Both the position numbers and the translations under genes were made by a program. A stretch of 64,000 nt of DNA, taken from positions 15,270 to 79,269 of the forward strand of contig JAFQOP010000014.1 in assembly GCA_017403155.1 (NCBI GenBank), in the 5' to 3' direction. Position 1 is the stretch's first letter. Each line of letters opens with the position of its first letter. This DNA is from Clostridia bacterium (lineage in GTDB: Bacteria; Bacillota; Clostridia; Oscillospirales; CAG-272). The notes under the pieces were generated by a model. The model was not told the origin of the DNA. It saw nothing but the letters and a program-made list of their open reading frames with translations, and made no database searches. Of the stretch, positions 1 to 8,416 are shown piece by piece.

Positions 1-1053
1 AACGAAGTTCTCAGTACCAAAGCCTGCCGTCGATATTATCGAGGCGACAGTGAATGCGGCGTGCTTGAACGCATTTCCGAGGGAATATCCGTTCTCTCCG
101 TAGTCGTTGTTTGCCACGTCGTAAACGGCATCTCCTATATCGGCATAGTATATGTTCAGCGCTACCGAGACAATTGCAATAACGACTATTGCAAGGAAGA
201 CTCTGACCTCGAGGTTAAGGGCATCCTTGAATCTGAACTTAGCAATAAGATAGTAGGAGCTGAAGTTGATAGAGAAGAAAATTAAGAATACGGTAACGAC
301 AATCTGAGAGTAGGTTGAGAAGCCCGCAAGCGAGTCGTTTTTAATGCCAAAGCCGCCTGTGCCCGCAGAGGCAAATGCGGTGTTAAGCGCATCGAATGCA
401 GTCATTTTTCCGTTTGCGGCGTCGGCACCGTTGTCAAAGAGGAGTAGGATAAAGAGCGCCAGGGTGAGAATAAAATATACGACGTAAAGAATAAGGGCGG
501 TCATTCTCATCTTGGGTACGAGCTTTGATACGGTGGGGCCGGGAGACTCTGCCCTCATTATATGTAGGTTCTGTGCACCTCCGAGGGGGAGAAACGCCAT
601 AATAAATACAAGCACCCCCATGCCGCCGACCCAGTGGGTGAAGCTGCGCCACATCAGCATACTCTTCGGCAGCTCCTCAACAGCGGGCACAATGCTTGAG
701 CCCGTGGTTGTAAATCCCGATGCCGTCTCGAAGAAGGCATCAATGTAGTTGGGAATTGAGCCCGAAATGACGAAGGGAAGAGCACCGAAGGCGCTCAGCA
801 AGATCCACGATAGCGAAACTATCACAAGACCGTCCCGCGCATACAGCACTCTTTTTGCCGGGCGAAGCATTTTGAGAAGATAACCGACCGCGGCGCATAT
901 TGCCATGGTTATCAGTATAGCTATCAGCGCATGGACCTCTTTATCGTACTCGCTGCCTATATAGGACAGCGAGGTAATGAGCGGAACCGCGAGAAAGCCT
1001 GCCTCGAACAGGAGAATCCAGCCGAGGGTGTAGCCTATCATTTTATAATTCAT
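1..1053 (-). CDS. trkH: TrkH family potassium uptake membrane subunit (3' end runs off the window)
   Basis: Not in the ORF track. Read manually from ATG at 1053 (MNYKMIGYTLG...). Contains DAFFETASGFTTTGSS, WRSFTHWVGGMG, FASAGTGGFG and STAGFG pore-loop motifs; directly downstream of trkA. Confidence 0.93.
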   Translation of the reverse strand, partial: MNYKMIGYTLGWILLFEAGFLAVPLITSLSYIGSEYDKEVHALIAILITMAICAAVGYLLKMLRPAKRVLYARDGLVIVSLSWILLSAFGALPFVISGSIPNYIDAFFETASGFTTTGSSIVPAVEELPKSMLMWRSFTHWVGGMGVLVFIMAFLPLGGAQNLHIMRAESPGPTVSKLVPKMRMTALILYVVYFILTLALFILLLFDNGADAANGKMTAFDALNTAFASAGTGGFGIKNDSLAGFSTYSQIVVTVFLIFFSINFSSYYLIAKFRFKDALNLEVRVFLAIVVIAIVSVALNIYYADIGDAVYDVANNDYGENGYSLGNAFKHAAFTVASIISTAGFGTENFV

Positions 1054-1071
1054 AATATATGCCCCGAAGTA

Positions 1072-2430
1072 TTAGTCGCTCAGAACGTCGGTAATATCGC
1101 GCAGAGCCATAAGCTTGGTAACGATAATTACCGAGTCGCCCTGCTTTATCGTATCGCTGCCGCGAGGGATTATAACCGATCTTCCCCTCATTATTGCCGC
1201 AACGAGCACGTCGTTCTTGAACTTGAGATTCATAAGTGGAACACCGATTATCGGAGAACCCTCGCGCACGTAAAACTCGGACGCCTCGACCTTGTCTTTT
1301 ATGATATTGTACATCGTCTCAACGTTGCTGCCGAGCACGTTCTTCATAGCGCGGACGTATCTTACGATAGAGTCTGCCGTGATGCTGCTGGGGTAGATGG
1401 TGGTATCGAGGTCGAGGTGCTTCACAATGTCCTCATACTCAAGGCGGTCGATTTTTGTAACAACCTTAACTCCGTCCGTCTTCTTTGCAAAGAGGGAGAG
1501 AATAATGTTTTCCTCGTCGTGGGAAGAAAGAGCCACAAATGCATCACATCTGTCGGCGCCCTCCTCGATAAGCAGATCCTGGTCAGCCTCGTCTCCGTTT
1601 ATGACGGTGACCTCGGAGAAGCGCGAGGCGAGCTCGTCGCAAGCAGGCAGATTCTTGTCTATAACCTTTATTTCCATGCCCGAGGAACGCAGGGTTTCGC
1701 ACAGATAGTGAGTGACCTCCTCGATGCCTACTATAATAACGTTCTTTGCACCGTGGGAGACGCTTTCTATCTTCTTGAAGAAGTTGTATGCCTTTCTCGT
1801 CGAGGAAATAACCGAGATTACGTCTCTCTCTGCGAACACAAAGTCACCGTTGGGGATATATGCCTCGTTTTCTCTCTCGACGGTGCACACAAGCACGTCA
1901 CAGCGGAGCTTGGTTACGATTTCCTTTACCTTCATTCCGACAAGAGGACTTCCATCCGCAATTTTGAAGGTAATGAGCTCTACACGTCCTTTGCCAAAGG
2001 GCTCAATTTTTATTGCAGCAGGGAATCGCAGCACGCGCGCAATTTCCTCCGCTGCCTCGAACTGAGGGTTTATTATCATTTCCAGCCCCAGCTCGTCCTT
2101 GAGGTAGGAGATATCGGTATTGTACTCGGGGCTTGTAACCCTGGCTATTACGCGGCAACTGCGCGATTTCTTTGCTATCATGCAGCAAAGCAGGTTTAAT
2201 TCGTCCGAATCGGTAACTGCGATGAGGAGGTCGGCCTTGTCTATTCCCGCCTCCACAAGAGTGGTGTGAGTAGCTCCGTTGCCGACGATACCCATTACGT
2301 CATACTTGGCGGTTATGTCATTAATTTTCTCGGCGCTCAGATCAATTACAGTGACGTCGTTGTTCTCTCTGCCGAGCTGTGCTGCAAGCGTTTCACCGAC
2401 CTTACTGCAGCCAACTATTATAATATTCAT
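1072..2430 (-). CDS. trkA: Trk system potassium uptake protein TrkA
   Basis: 452 aa with two RCK_N/RCK_C repeats (NIIIVGCSKVG, AVTDSDELN; NVIIVG, SHDEENI); adjacent to trkH. Confidence 0.95.
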   Translation of the reverse strand: MNIIIVGCSKVGETLAAQLGRENNDVTVIDLSAEKINDITAKYDVMGIVGNGATHTTLVEAGIDKADLLIAVTDSDELNLLCCMIAKKSRSCRVIARVTSPEYNTDISYLKDELGLEMIINPQFEAAEEIARVLRFPAAIKIEPFGKGRVELITFKIADGSPLVGMKVKEIVTKLRCDVLVCTVERENEAYIPNGDFVFAERDVISVISSTRKAYNFFKKIESVSHGAKNVIIVGIEEVTHYLCETLRSSGMEIKVIDKNLPACDELASRFSEVTVINGDEADQDLLIEEGADRCDAFVALSSHDEENIILSLFAKKTDGVKVVTKIDRLEYEDIVKHLDLDTTIYPSSITADSIVRYVRAMKNVLGSNVETMYNIIKDKVEASEFYVREGSPIIGVPLMNLKFKNDVLVAAIMRGRSVIIPRGSDTIKQGDSVIIVTKLMALRDITDVLSD

Positions 2431-2470
2431 AGTCGCTCCTTGTCAAGAATTTGAAAAACTATTGTATATA

Positions 2471-2498
2471 ATTATACAACTTTTATCCAATTTGTCAA
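2471..2498 (-). promoter_or_regulatory. sigma-A promoter for trkAH
   Basis: Minus strand TTGACA-N16-TATAAT about 40 nt upstream of the trkA start. Confidence 0.6.
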
Positions 2499-2653
2499 GT
2501 AAAATACAGTGAGAATCAGTGTATATCGAGCAAGAATTTGTGTTTTTGTTCATAGTTTAGATATAGTTTATTTTAATATTATAAAATACAACGAATAAAT
2601 CGGCAATTATTTACAAAATATGCCTATTTGTGTCCAAACTGTTAAAATGGCAA

Positions 2654-2682
2654 TTGACTACCGGTACATAATGTGTTATAAT
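2654..2682 (+). promoter_or_regulatory. sigma-A promoter (extended -10) for the fakA operon
   Basis: TTGACT(2654)-N17-TATAAT(2677) with TG at 2674-2675. Confidence 0.75.
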
Positions 2683-2698
2683 AACACCTGTGTTATTA
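2673..2698. promoter_or_regulatory. Candidate repressor operator overlapping -10/+1
   Basis: Perfect inverted repeat TAATAACAC-CT-GTGTTATTA (2679-2698) plus a third GTGTTAT half-site at 2673-2679. Confidence 0.55.
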
Positions 2699-2729
2699 AA
2701 AAAAGTCGATGAAAAGAGAGATTTAATTT

Positions 2730-4391
2730 ATGAACACTATGATTCTTGACGGAAAGACTCTTCGCCGTATGCTTATCGGTGCGGCATCACGGATTAAGGA
2801 TAATTGCGAGCATATAAATGAGCTTAACGTATTTCCCGTCCCCGACGGAGATACGGGAACAAATATGACGAAAACGGTCGAGGGCGGTATAGCCGAGCTT
2901 ACGGGGATTGATCCCGAGGCAGAGGTCTCCGTTTCCGACGTAACTTATAAATTCGCTCACGGCTCTCTTCTCGGTGCACGCGGAAATTCCGGCGTTATTC
3001 TTTCGCAGATATTTGCAGGAATAGAGGAGGAGCTTGTTAAATGCGAGGTCGCTACCGTTATGGACTTCGTAAGAGCATACAGAAACGGAATAACCAAGGC
3101 ATACAACTCGGTTATGAACCCCACCGAGGGTACTATTCTCACGGTATTCAGAGAGGCGACCGAGTATGCTGCAGCAAAGGTCACCGAGGACTCAAGCATT
3201 GAGGATTTCCTCTCTATGCATATTGATGAGGCAAAGCGCTCCCTTGCGCGCACCAAGGATATTCTTCCTGTCCTCAAGGAGGCGGACGTCGTTGACAGCG
3301 GCGGAGCAGGCTACGTATCTATCGCTACGGGCATGTACGATGCCCTGACAGGCACCGAGAGCTTTGACGATTATGAATTCATCGAATCGAATTCCTCGCC
3401 CTCTGCAGTAAACTTTGATGCCTTTACCCGTGATTCTGTGCTCGAGTTCGGATATTGCACCGAGTTCTTTTTGAGGCTTCAGTCGTCCAAGGTCGACCCC
3501 GACAGCTTTGACGTCAGCGTAATAACCGATTTTCTTACCGAAATGGGCGGTGATAGCATCGTATGCTACAAGACCGATGACATCGTAAAGGTGCACGTTC
3601 ATACCGAAAACCCGGGTGAGGTGCTCACGAGAATGCGTACGTTTGGTGAGATGCTCACTATAAAGATAGAGAATATGTCTCTTCAGCACAACGAGAGCGA
3701 GGCTGCGCAGGATAAGCGAGAGCGCGTTGGAATGGCGGTGCTCGCAGTTGCGAGCGGAGAGGGAATGTGCGAGCTCTTTAAATCTATCGGTGCTGACGGT
3801 ATTGTCAGCGGCGGTCAGACCAATAACCCCTCTGCCGAGGAGTTCCTACGCGCCTTCGACGAGGTGAATGCGGATAAGATTCTCGTCCTCCCCAACAACA
3901 AGAATATTTTCTTAACCGCCAAGCAGGCGGCAGCTATGTACGAGGGCTCTGAGGTGTATATAATACCCACAAAGACCCTGATGCAGGGTTATGCAGCGCT
4001 CTCTGTGATAACTCCCGACCCCGATCAGCTTGACTCGATTATAAAGAGCGCAACCGACGCTGCGGAAAACGTAATAGGAGCCGAGATAACCTATGCTGTG
4101 CGCGACGCTGTCATAGGCGGAGCGAGTGTAAAAAAGGATCAATTCATGGCTATCAGCGGCGGAGCAATTAAAGCAACCGCTGATACAGCGCAGGAAACAC
4201 TTATCAATATGCTTGCCTCAGTCGAGGACATTTCGGATTATGAAATTATAACCGTTTTTGTCGGCAAGGATATTGCAGAGGAGGAGCGCGCAGAGGTAAC
4301 CGAGCGAATCGAGGAGCTTTATCCCGACCATGAGGTAATCGTTTATGAGGGTGGACAGGAGGTATACAGCTACCTTCTCGCCATCGAATAA
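2730..4391 (+). CDS. fakA: DAK2-domain fatty acid kinase ATP-binding subunit FakA (YloV family)
   Basis: 553 aa; NELNVFPVPDGDTGTNM, GARGNSGVILSQ, EGTILTV, VVDSGG, YCTEF, HVHT, GGQTNNPS and LPNNKNI motifs. Confidence 0.93.
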   Translation: MNTMILDGKTLRRMLIGAASRIKDNCEHINELNVFPVPDGDTGTNMTKTVEGGIAELTGIDPEAEVSVSDVTYKFAHGSLLGARGNSGVILSQIFAGIEEELVKCEVATVMDFVRAYRNGITKAYNSVMNPTEGTILTVFREATEYAAAKVTEDSSIEDFLSMHIDEAKRSLARTKDILPVLKEADVVDSGGAGYVSIATGMYDALTGTESFDDYEFIESNSSPSAVNFDAFTRDSVLEFGYCTEFFLRLQSSKVDPDSFDVSVITDFLTEMGGDSIVCYKTDDIVKVHVHTENPGEVLTRMRTFGEMLTIKIENMSLQHNESEAAQDKRERVGMAVLAVASGEGMCELFKSIGADGIVSGGQTNNPSAEEFLRAFDEVNADKILVLPNNKNIFLTAKQAAAMYEGSEVYIIPTKTLMQGYAALSVITPDPDQLDSIIKSATDAAENVIGAEITYAVRDAVIGGASVKKDQFMAISGGAIKATADTAQETLINMLASVEDISDYEIITVFVGKDIAEEERAEVTERIEELYPDHEVIVYEGGQEVYSYLLAIE

Positions 4392-4416
4392 GACGTGTAA
4401 TAAGGAGAGGGAAGAT

Positions 4417-5391
4417 ATGAATAAATATTATACGGTGGTACTTGATACCGAGGGAAGCGACAAGGGTCCCGCCATGGTTGCGGAAGGAGCAGCCCTATCG
4501 CTTGAAAAATATCCCGAGCTTAAGCTCGTTCTCGTCGGTAATGAGTCAGCCCTGCGTGCCGAGATGGAAAAGCGCGGTGCCGATGCCGATAGACTTTCAT
4601 ACATCAATGCAACCGAGGTCATAACGAATTACGACAATCCCTCCGTAGCTTTGTTTACCAAGAGAGATTCCTCTCTCGTTAAGGCTCTCGAGGCGGTCAG
4701 CATCAATGACGAGTACGTCGGAATGGTGAATGCGGGCAGCACGGGCGCACTTTTAGCGGGTTCGCTTCGTTATCTTGCTACCCCCGATATGAAGCGCCCT
4801 GCGCTTGCTGCGGTCCTTCCTGCGGAGAGCGGTGGATTTACAGCGCTTGTTGACACTGGTGCCACGATAGATTGCACACCTGCCCAGCTTGTTCACTTTG
4901 CACATCTCGGTAAGGAATTTATAAAAACTCTTTACGGTGTCGAAAATCCCAGAATAGGTATCCTCTCCAACGGTAAGGAGGAAGGAAAGGGTAATAAGCT
5001 CGTCAAGGAGGCATATCAGCTCCTCAAGGCAGAGAGGGAACTAAACTTCGTCGGCAATATTGAGGGCACCAATGCGCTCTCGGGTGACTGCGACGTGCTT
5101 GTGTGCGACGGCTTCGCAGGCAACCAGATACTCAAATGCACCGAGGGAATTGCAAGAAGAATAATTAAGGATATTGTCGTTTTTTCCAAAAAGACGGGCG
5201 ACGAGAGTATCATGAGGGTGGTTGGTCATCTTATGAAGCTCTATGACTTTAATTCTCTCGGCGGCGGTGTTGTGCTCGGTGTCCGTAAGCCCGTAGTAAA
5301 GGCACACGGAGCCGCAAACGAGCAGTCGATAGTAAGCACCGTAGGCATAGTTCTCAACCTTGCGAAAAACAAAAAAATAGAATATAAGTAA
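4417..5391 (+). CDS. PlsX-like acyl-phosphate:ACP acyltransferase (divergent second copy)
   Basis: Start moved to ATG 4417 after AGGAGAGG. Motifs AGSTGA, RPALAAVLP, NGKEEGKG, FVGNIEG, CDGFAGN, KAHG. N-terminal DTEGSD replaces canonical DAMGGD. Confidence 0.88.
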   Translation: MNKYYTVVLDTEGSDKGPAMVAEGAALSLEKYPELKLVLVGNESALRAEMEKRGADADRLSYINATEVITNYDNPSVALFTKRDSSLVKALEAVSINDEYVGMVNAGSTGALLAGSLRYLATPDMKRPALAAVLPAESGGFTALVDTGATIDCTPAQLVHFAHLGKEFIKTLYGVENPRIGILSNGKEEGKGNKLVKEAYQLLKAERELNFVGNIEGTNALSGDCDVLVCDGFAGNQILKCTEGIARRIIKDIVVFSKKTGDESIMRVVGHLMKLYDFNSLGGGVVLGVRKPVVKAHGAANEQSIVSTVGIVLNLAKNKKIEYK

Positions 5392-5409
5392 TTTCAGGAG
5401 GAAATAAAA

Positions 5410-6315
5410 ATGGAAAACAAAAGACTGGTAATGGCTATCTCGTCGGGATGTCTTGACTACGTGCCCGAGGAAATCAAGGATCTTGATATTGATATCATAA
5501 GACTCCACATTTCCTTTAAGGGCAAGGAATACCTTGAGGGCCTTGATCTCGATCCTATAAAGTTCTATGCAGAACTTGAGACTCTTAAGGATGCTAAGAA
5601 CAATCTCCCTAAGACAAGCATGCCGAGCGTTGCGGAGTTCTGCGAGCATTTTGATAAGGCTATCGAAAACGGCTTTAATGAAATTATTATCCTCTCTATA
5701 AGCACCGGTCTCAGCGGCACCTACGGTGTTGCCTGCCAGGTTGCAAAGACCTATGAGGATAGACTGAAGATAACTGTTGTTGACACCAAGACCAACTCCT
5801 TCAACGAGGGTATGCTTGCTGTAAAAGCGGCACAACTTGTTAAGCAGGGAATGTCCACCGAGGATATTCTCAAGGAAATAAACTGGATTATGAAAACGCA
5901 GGAGTTCTTCGGTGTAGACGGAAAGCTCGACTACCTTATCTACAACGGCAGACTAAAGGGTGGCAAGGCTCTTATCGGTAAGATGCTCAGCATCTGCCCC
6001 GTTGTAGGATTTAATAAGGACGGCACTCTCACCTCTTGGGAGACCGTAAGAACTCAGAAAAAGGCTCTTGCGCGTTGCTGCGAAATCCTCAAGGAGAAGA
6101 TTGGCGACAGAGCTCCCGAGGATTATCTGCTCTGGCACTGTCACACGGGTCCCTCGCTTCTCCCGATACTTGAGGAGCTTGAGGCAAAGGTAGGTATCAA
6201 GACGAACCATCCCCCCGTTATGATGTCTCCCGCCAGCGGCTCGCACAACGGTCCCTGGTTCGCAGGCTACGGTCTTATGTTTATCCGCCGTGAGGATGAA
6301 CCCCTCGAGGATTGA
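5410..6315 (+). CDS. DegV family fatty acid-binding protein (FakB)
   Basis: 301 aa; PKTSMPS, ISTGLSGTY, VVDTK, LDYLIYNGRL and SHNGP motifs. Confidence 0.93.
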   Translation: MENKRLVMAISSGCLDYVPEEIKDLDIDIIRLHISFKGKEYLEGLDLDPIKFYAELETLKDAKNNLPKTSMPSVAEFCEHFDKAIENGFNEIIILSISTGLSGTYGVACQVAKTYEDRLKITVVDTKTNSFNEGMLAVKAAQLVKQGMSTEDILKEINWIMKTQEFFGVDGKLDYLIYNGRLKGGKALIGKMLSICPVVGFNKDGTLTSWETVRTQKKALARCCEILKEKIGDRAPEDYLLWHCHTGPSLLPILEELEAKVGIKTNHPPVMMSPASGSHNGPWFAGYGLMFIRREDEPLED

Positions 6316-6332
6316 GGCGGAGGACAGGACAT

Positions 6333-7457
6333 ATGATATCTGTCAGAGAAGTTAAGGGGTCTCGCGATATAAAAAAGTTCGTAGACTTTCCGATAAAGCT
6401 GTATAAAAGGTGCGAATATTTCGTTCCCTGCCTTTATTCTGACGAAAAAAAGCTTCTCTCCGGCAAGACAAGCTACGATGACGTTGCCGAGAGTGCCTTC
6501 TTCCTTGCGGAGAGGGATGGCGAGGTAGTAGGTCGAATCCAGGCGATAATCCAGCGCCAGCACAACGAGCTGACAGGAGAGCGCCGCGTGCGCTTCACTC
6601 GATTTGATGCCATAAACGACCCCGAGGTTTCCGCGGCGCTCTTCCGCGCGGTAGAGGACTTCGGTCGCTCTCGCGGGATGGATATCGTTTGCGGACCTCT
6701 CGGATATTCCGACCTTGATAGGGAGGGAATGCTTATCGAGGGCTTTGACCAGACGCAGACCTTTGAGGAGCAGTATAACTACGATTACTATCCTGCTCTT
6801 ACCGAGGCTTATGGCTTTGAGAAGGAGATTGACTGGCTCGAGTTCAGGCTTTTTGCGCCCGAAGATGGTGCAAATCCCTTCAAGAGAATTGCCGAGCGTG
6901 TCCTCGAGATGCAGAAGCTCCACGTTGCCGACGCCTCGATGCCTAAGCGCGAATACATAGAAAAGTACGGCGACGGTGCCTTTCACTGCATTGACGAGTG
7001 CTATAAGCACCTCTACGGAACGGTACCGATTACCGAGGGAATGAAGAAAGAGCTTATAGACCAGTTTATGCTGGTTCTTGACCCGAAGTATCTCGTTATT
7101 ATTTGCGATGAGAACGAGAGGGTCGTGTCCTTTGCTCTTTGCTTTCCTGCGATGGGTGAGGCTCTCCGTAAGAGCGGCGGCAAGCTTACCCCTGCGGCGC
7201 TCGTCCGTCTTTTCCGTGCTTTGAAAAAGCCGAGGGCTATCGACCTCGGACTTGTTGCCGTTTTACCCGAGTATCAAAACGCGGGTGTCAACGCGGTGTA
7301 TATGGATTATATTATCACACAGCTTACCGAGGGAGGAATCGAGTATTTTGAGACTAATCTCAACCTCGAGACCAACACCCAGGTAATGGCACAGTGGAAA
7401 TATCTGAAGGCGGTGAACCACAAGCGCCGTCGCGCCTATGTTAAGAAAATTGATTAA
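6333..7457 (+). CDS. GNAT-fold N-acyltransferase, YghO/bacterial ceramide synthase (bCerS)-like
   Basis: ATG 6333 after GGAGGACAGGA. Motifs KKFVDFP..LY....FVP.L..DE, GEVVGRI.AII, GPLGYSDLDREGMLIEGFD, YNYDYY, GFEKEIDW, LVAVLPEYQNAGV, LETN and KRRRAY. Confidence 0.7.
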   Translation: MISVREVKGSRDIKKFVDFPIKLYKRCEYFVPCLYSDEKKLLSGKTSYDDVAESAFFLAERDGEVVGRIQAIIQRQHNELTGERRVRFTRFDAINDPEVSAALFRAVEDFGRSRGMDIVCGPLGYSDLDREGMLIEGFDQTQTFEEQYNYDYYPALTEAYGFEKEIDWLEFRLFAPEDGANPFKRIAERVLEMQKLHVADASMPKREYIEKYGDGAFHCIDECYKHLYGTVPITEGMKKELIDQFMLVLDPKYLVIICDENERVVSFALCFPAMGEALRKSGGKLTPAALVRLFRALKKPRAIDLGLVAVLPEYQNAGVNAVYMDYIITQLTEGGIEYFETNLNLETNTQVMAQWKYLKAVNHKRRRAYVKKID

Positions 7458-7471
7458 GGAGAATAGGGAAA

Positions 7472-7693
7472 ATGGAAGAAAAGCTTAAATCAGTTATTGA
7501 AAGAGCGGTTCCCGGTGTTGACGTTTCGGGAATTACAAGAGATACCAAGCTTGTTGAGGAGCTTGGATTTGACTCGCTTGCCCTTATGATGATGGCAATG
7601 GGCATAGAGGATACCTTCGGTTATCGCTTCGAGGAATTTGTGCGCTTTGAGACCGTTGGCGAGGTTCTCGACTACCTCAAGGAAAGAATCTGA
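7472..7693 (+). CDS. Acyl carrier protein (operon-specific, non-canonical)
   Basis: 73 aa, acidic; L.EELGFDSL phosphopantetheine site and TVGEVLDYL helix; RBS AAGGAG. Confidence 0.9.
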   Translation: MEEKLKSVIERAVPGVDVSGITRDTKLVEELGFDSLALMMMAMGIEDTFGYRFEEFVRFETVGEVLDYLKERI

Positions 7694-7712
7694 CCCAGCA
7701 CAGACGGGATAT

Positions 7713-7752
7713 GGCGTAGATGGAGCCTTGCTCTGCTACGCCCTTTCTTTTT
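7713..7752 (+). terminator. Intrinsic terminator ending the fakA-ACP operon
   Basis: GGCGTAG...CTACGCC stem with inner GAGC/GCTC pairing, followed by TTTCTTTTT. Confidence 0.7.
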
Positions 7753-7756
7753 GGAA

Positions 7757-7786
7757 TTGACTTTTAATGTTGTCTTATGCTATAAT
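7757..7786 (+). promoter_or_regulatory. sigma-A promoter for bioY
   Basis: TTGACT-N18-TATAAT with an extended TG. Confidence 0.6.
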
Positions 7787-7814
7787 TTATCTGTTTTTAA
7801 GAAGGGGGTGCTTT

Positions 7815-8348
7815 ATGAAAAAAACGGTTTTGCATGAGCTTGTGCTTATTTCGCTTTTTGCCGCGATCATTTCGGTTTTTTCGCTTATAGCGATCCCGCT
7901 TTTCGGCGTCCCTATCACAATGCAGAGCTTTGCCATTGCGGCATCCCTGTTCTTTCTTGGAGGCAGACGCACCCTTGCTGCGGTAGCATTATATATTGCT
8001 ATCGGCTGTATAGGCTTACCGGTATTTTCGGGCTTCAGCGGCGGCTTCGGTGCACTGGTAGGACCCACGGGCGGATTTATATTCGGCTTTCTTCTTGAGT
8101 CGGCTGCATATTTGCTGATAACAAAAATGCTTGGTACAGGCACGCGAGCAAAGCTTTTGGCATATTTGGTTGGCCATTTGCTTCTTTACCTTGTCGGTGC
8201 TCTTTGGTTTTTCGTAGGATATTCAGACGGAGCATCCCTTGCAGAAACGCTTTGTGCTTCGGTTCTTCCTTTTATAATCCCCGACGGAATAAAGGCTTTC
8301 GTAGCCTATGTAATAGCCTCAAGGCTGAGTATAAAAATAAAAACATAA
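7815..8348 (+). CDS. bioY: Biotin ECF transporter S component BioY
   Basis: VPITMQSF, LYIAIGCIGLPVFSGFSGG, GPTGGFIFGF and PFIIPD..K motifs; ATG 7815 after AAGGGGG. Confidence 0.92.
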   Translation: MKKTVLHELVLISLFAAIISVFSLIAIPLFGVPITMQSFAIAASLFFLGGRRTLAAVALYIAIGCIGLPVFSGFSGGFGALVGPTGGFIFGFLLESAAYLLITKMLGTGTRAKLLAYLVGHLLLYLVGALWFFVGYSDGASLAETLCASVLPFIIPDGIKAFVAYVIASRLSIKIKT

Positions 8349-8416
8349 AAAAGGTTGAACATTTTAATACTTTGTGATAATATTAGTGTAGAAATAAAAT
8401 TTATTGGAGCGAAGCT

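Noticed and set aside
931-2199. 422-aa plus-strand ORF
   Set aside because: Antisense shadow of trkA with no recognisable motifs.
2462-2479. TTGTATA-N4-TATACAA palindrome at the trkA -10
   Set aside because: AT-rich and plausible by chance; no c-di-AMP riboswitch structure seen in the short leader.
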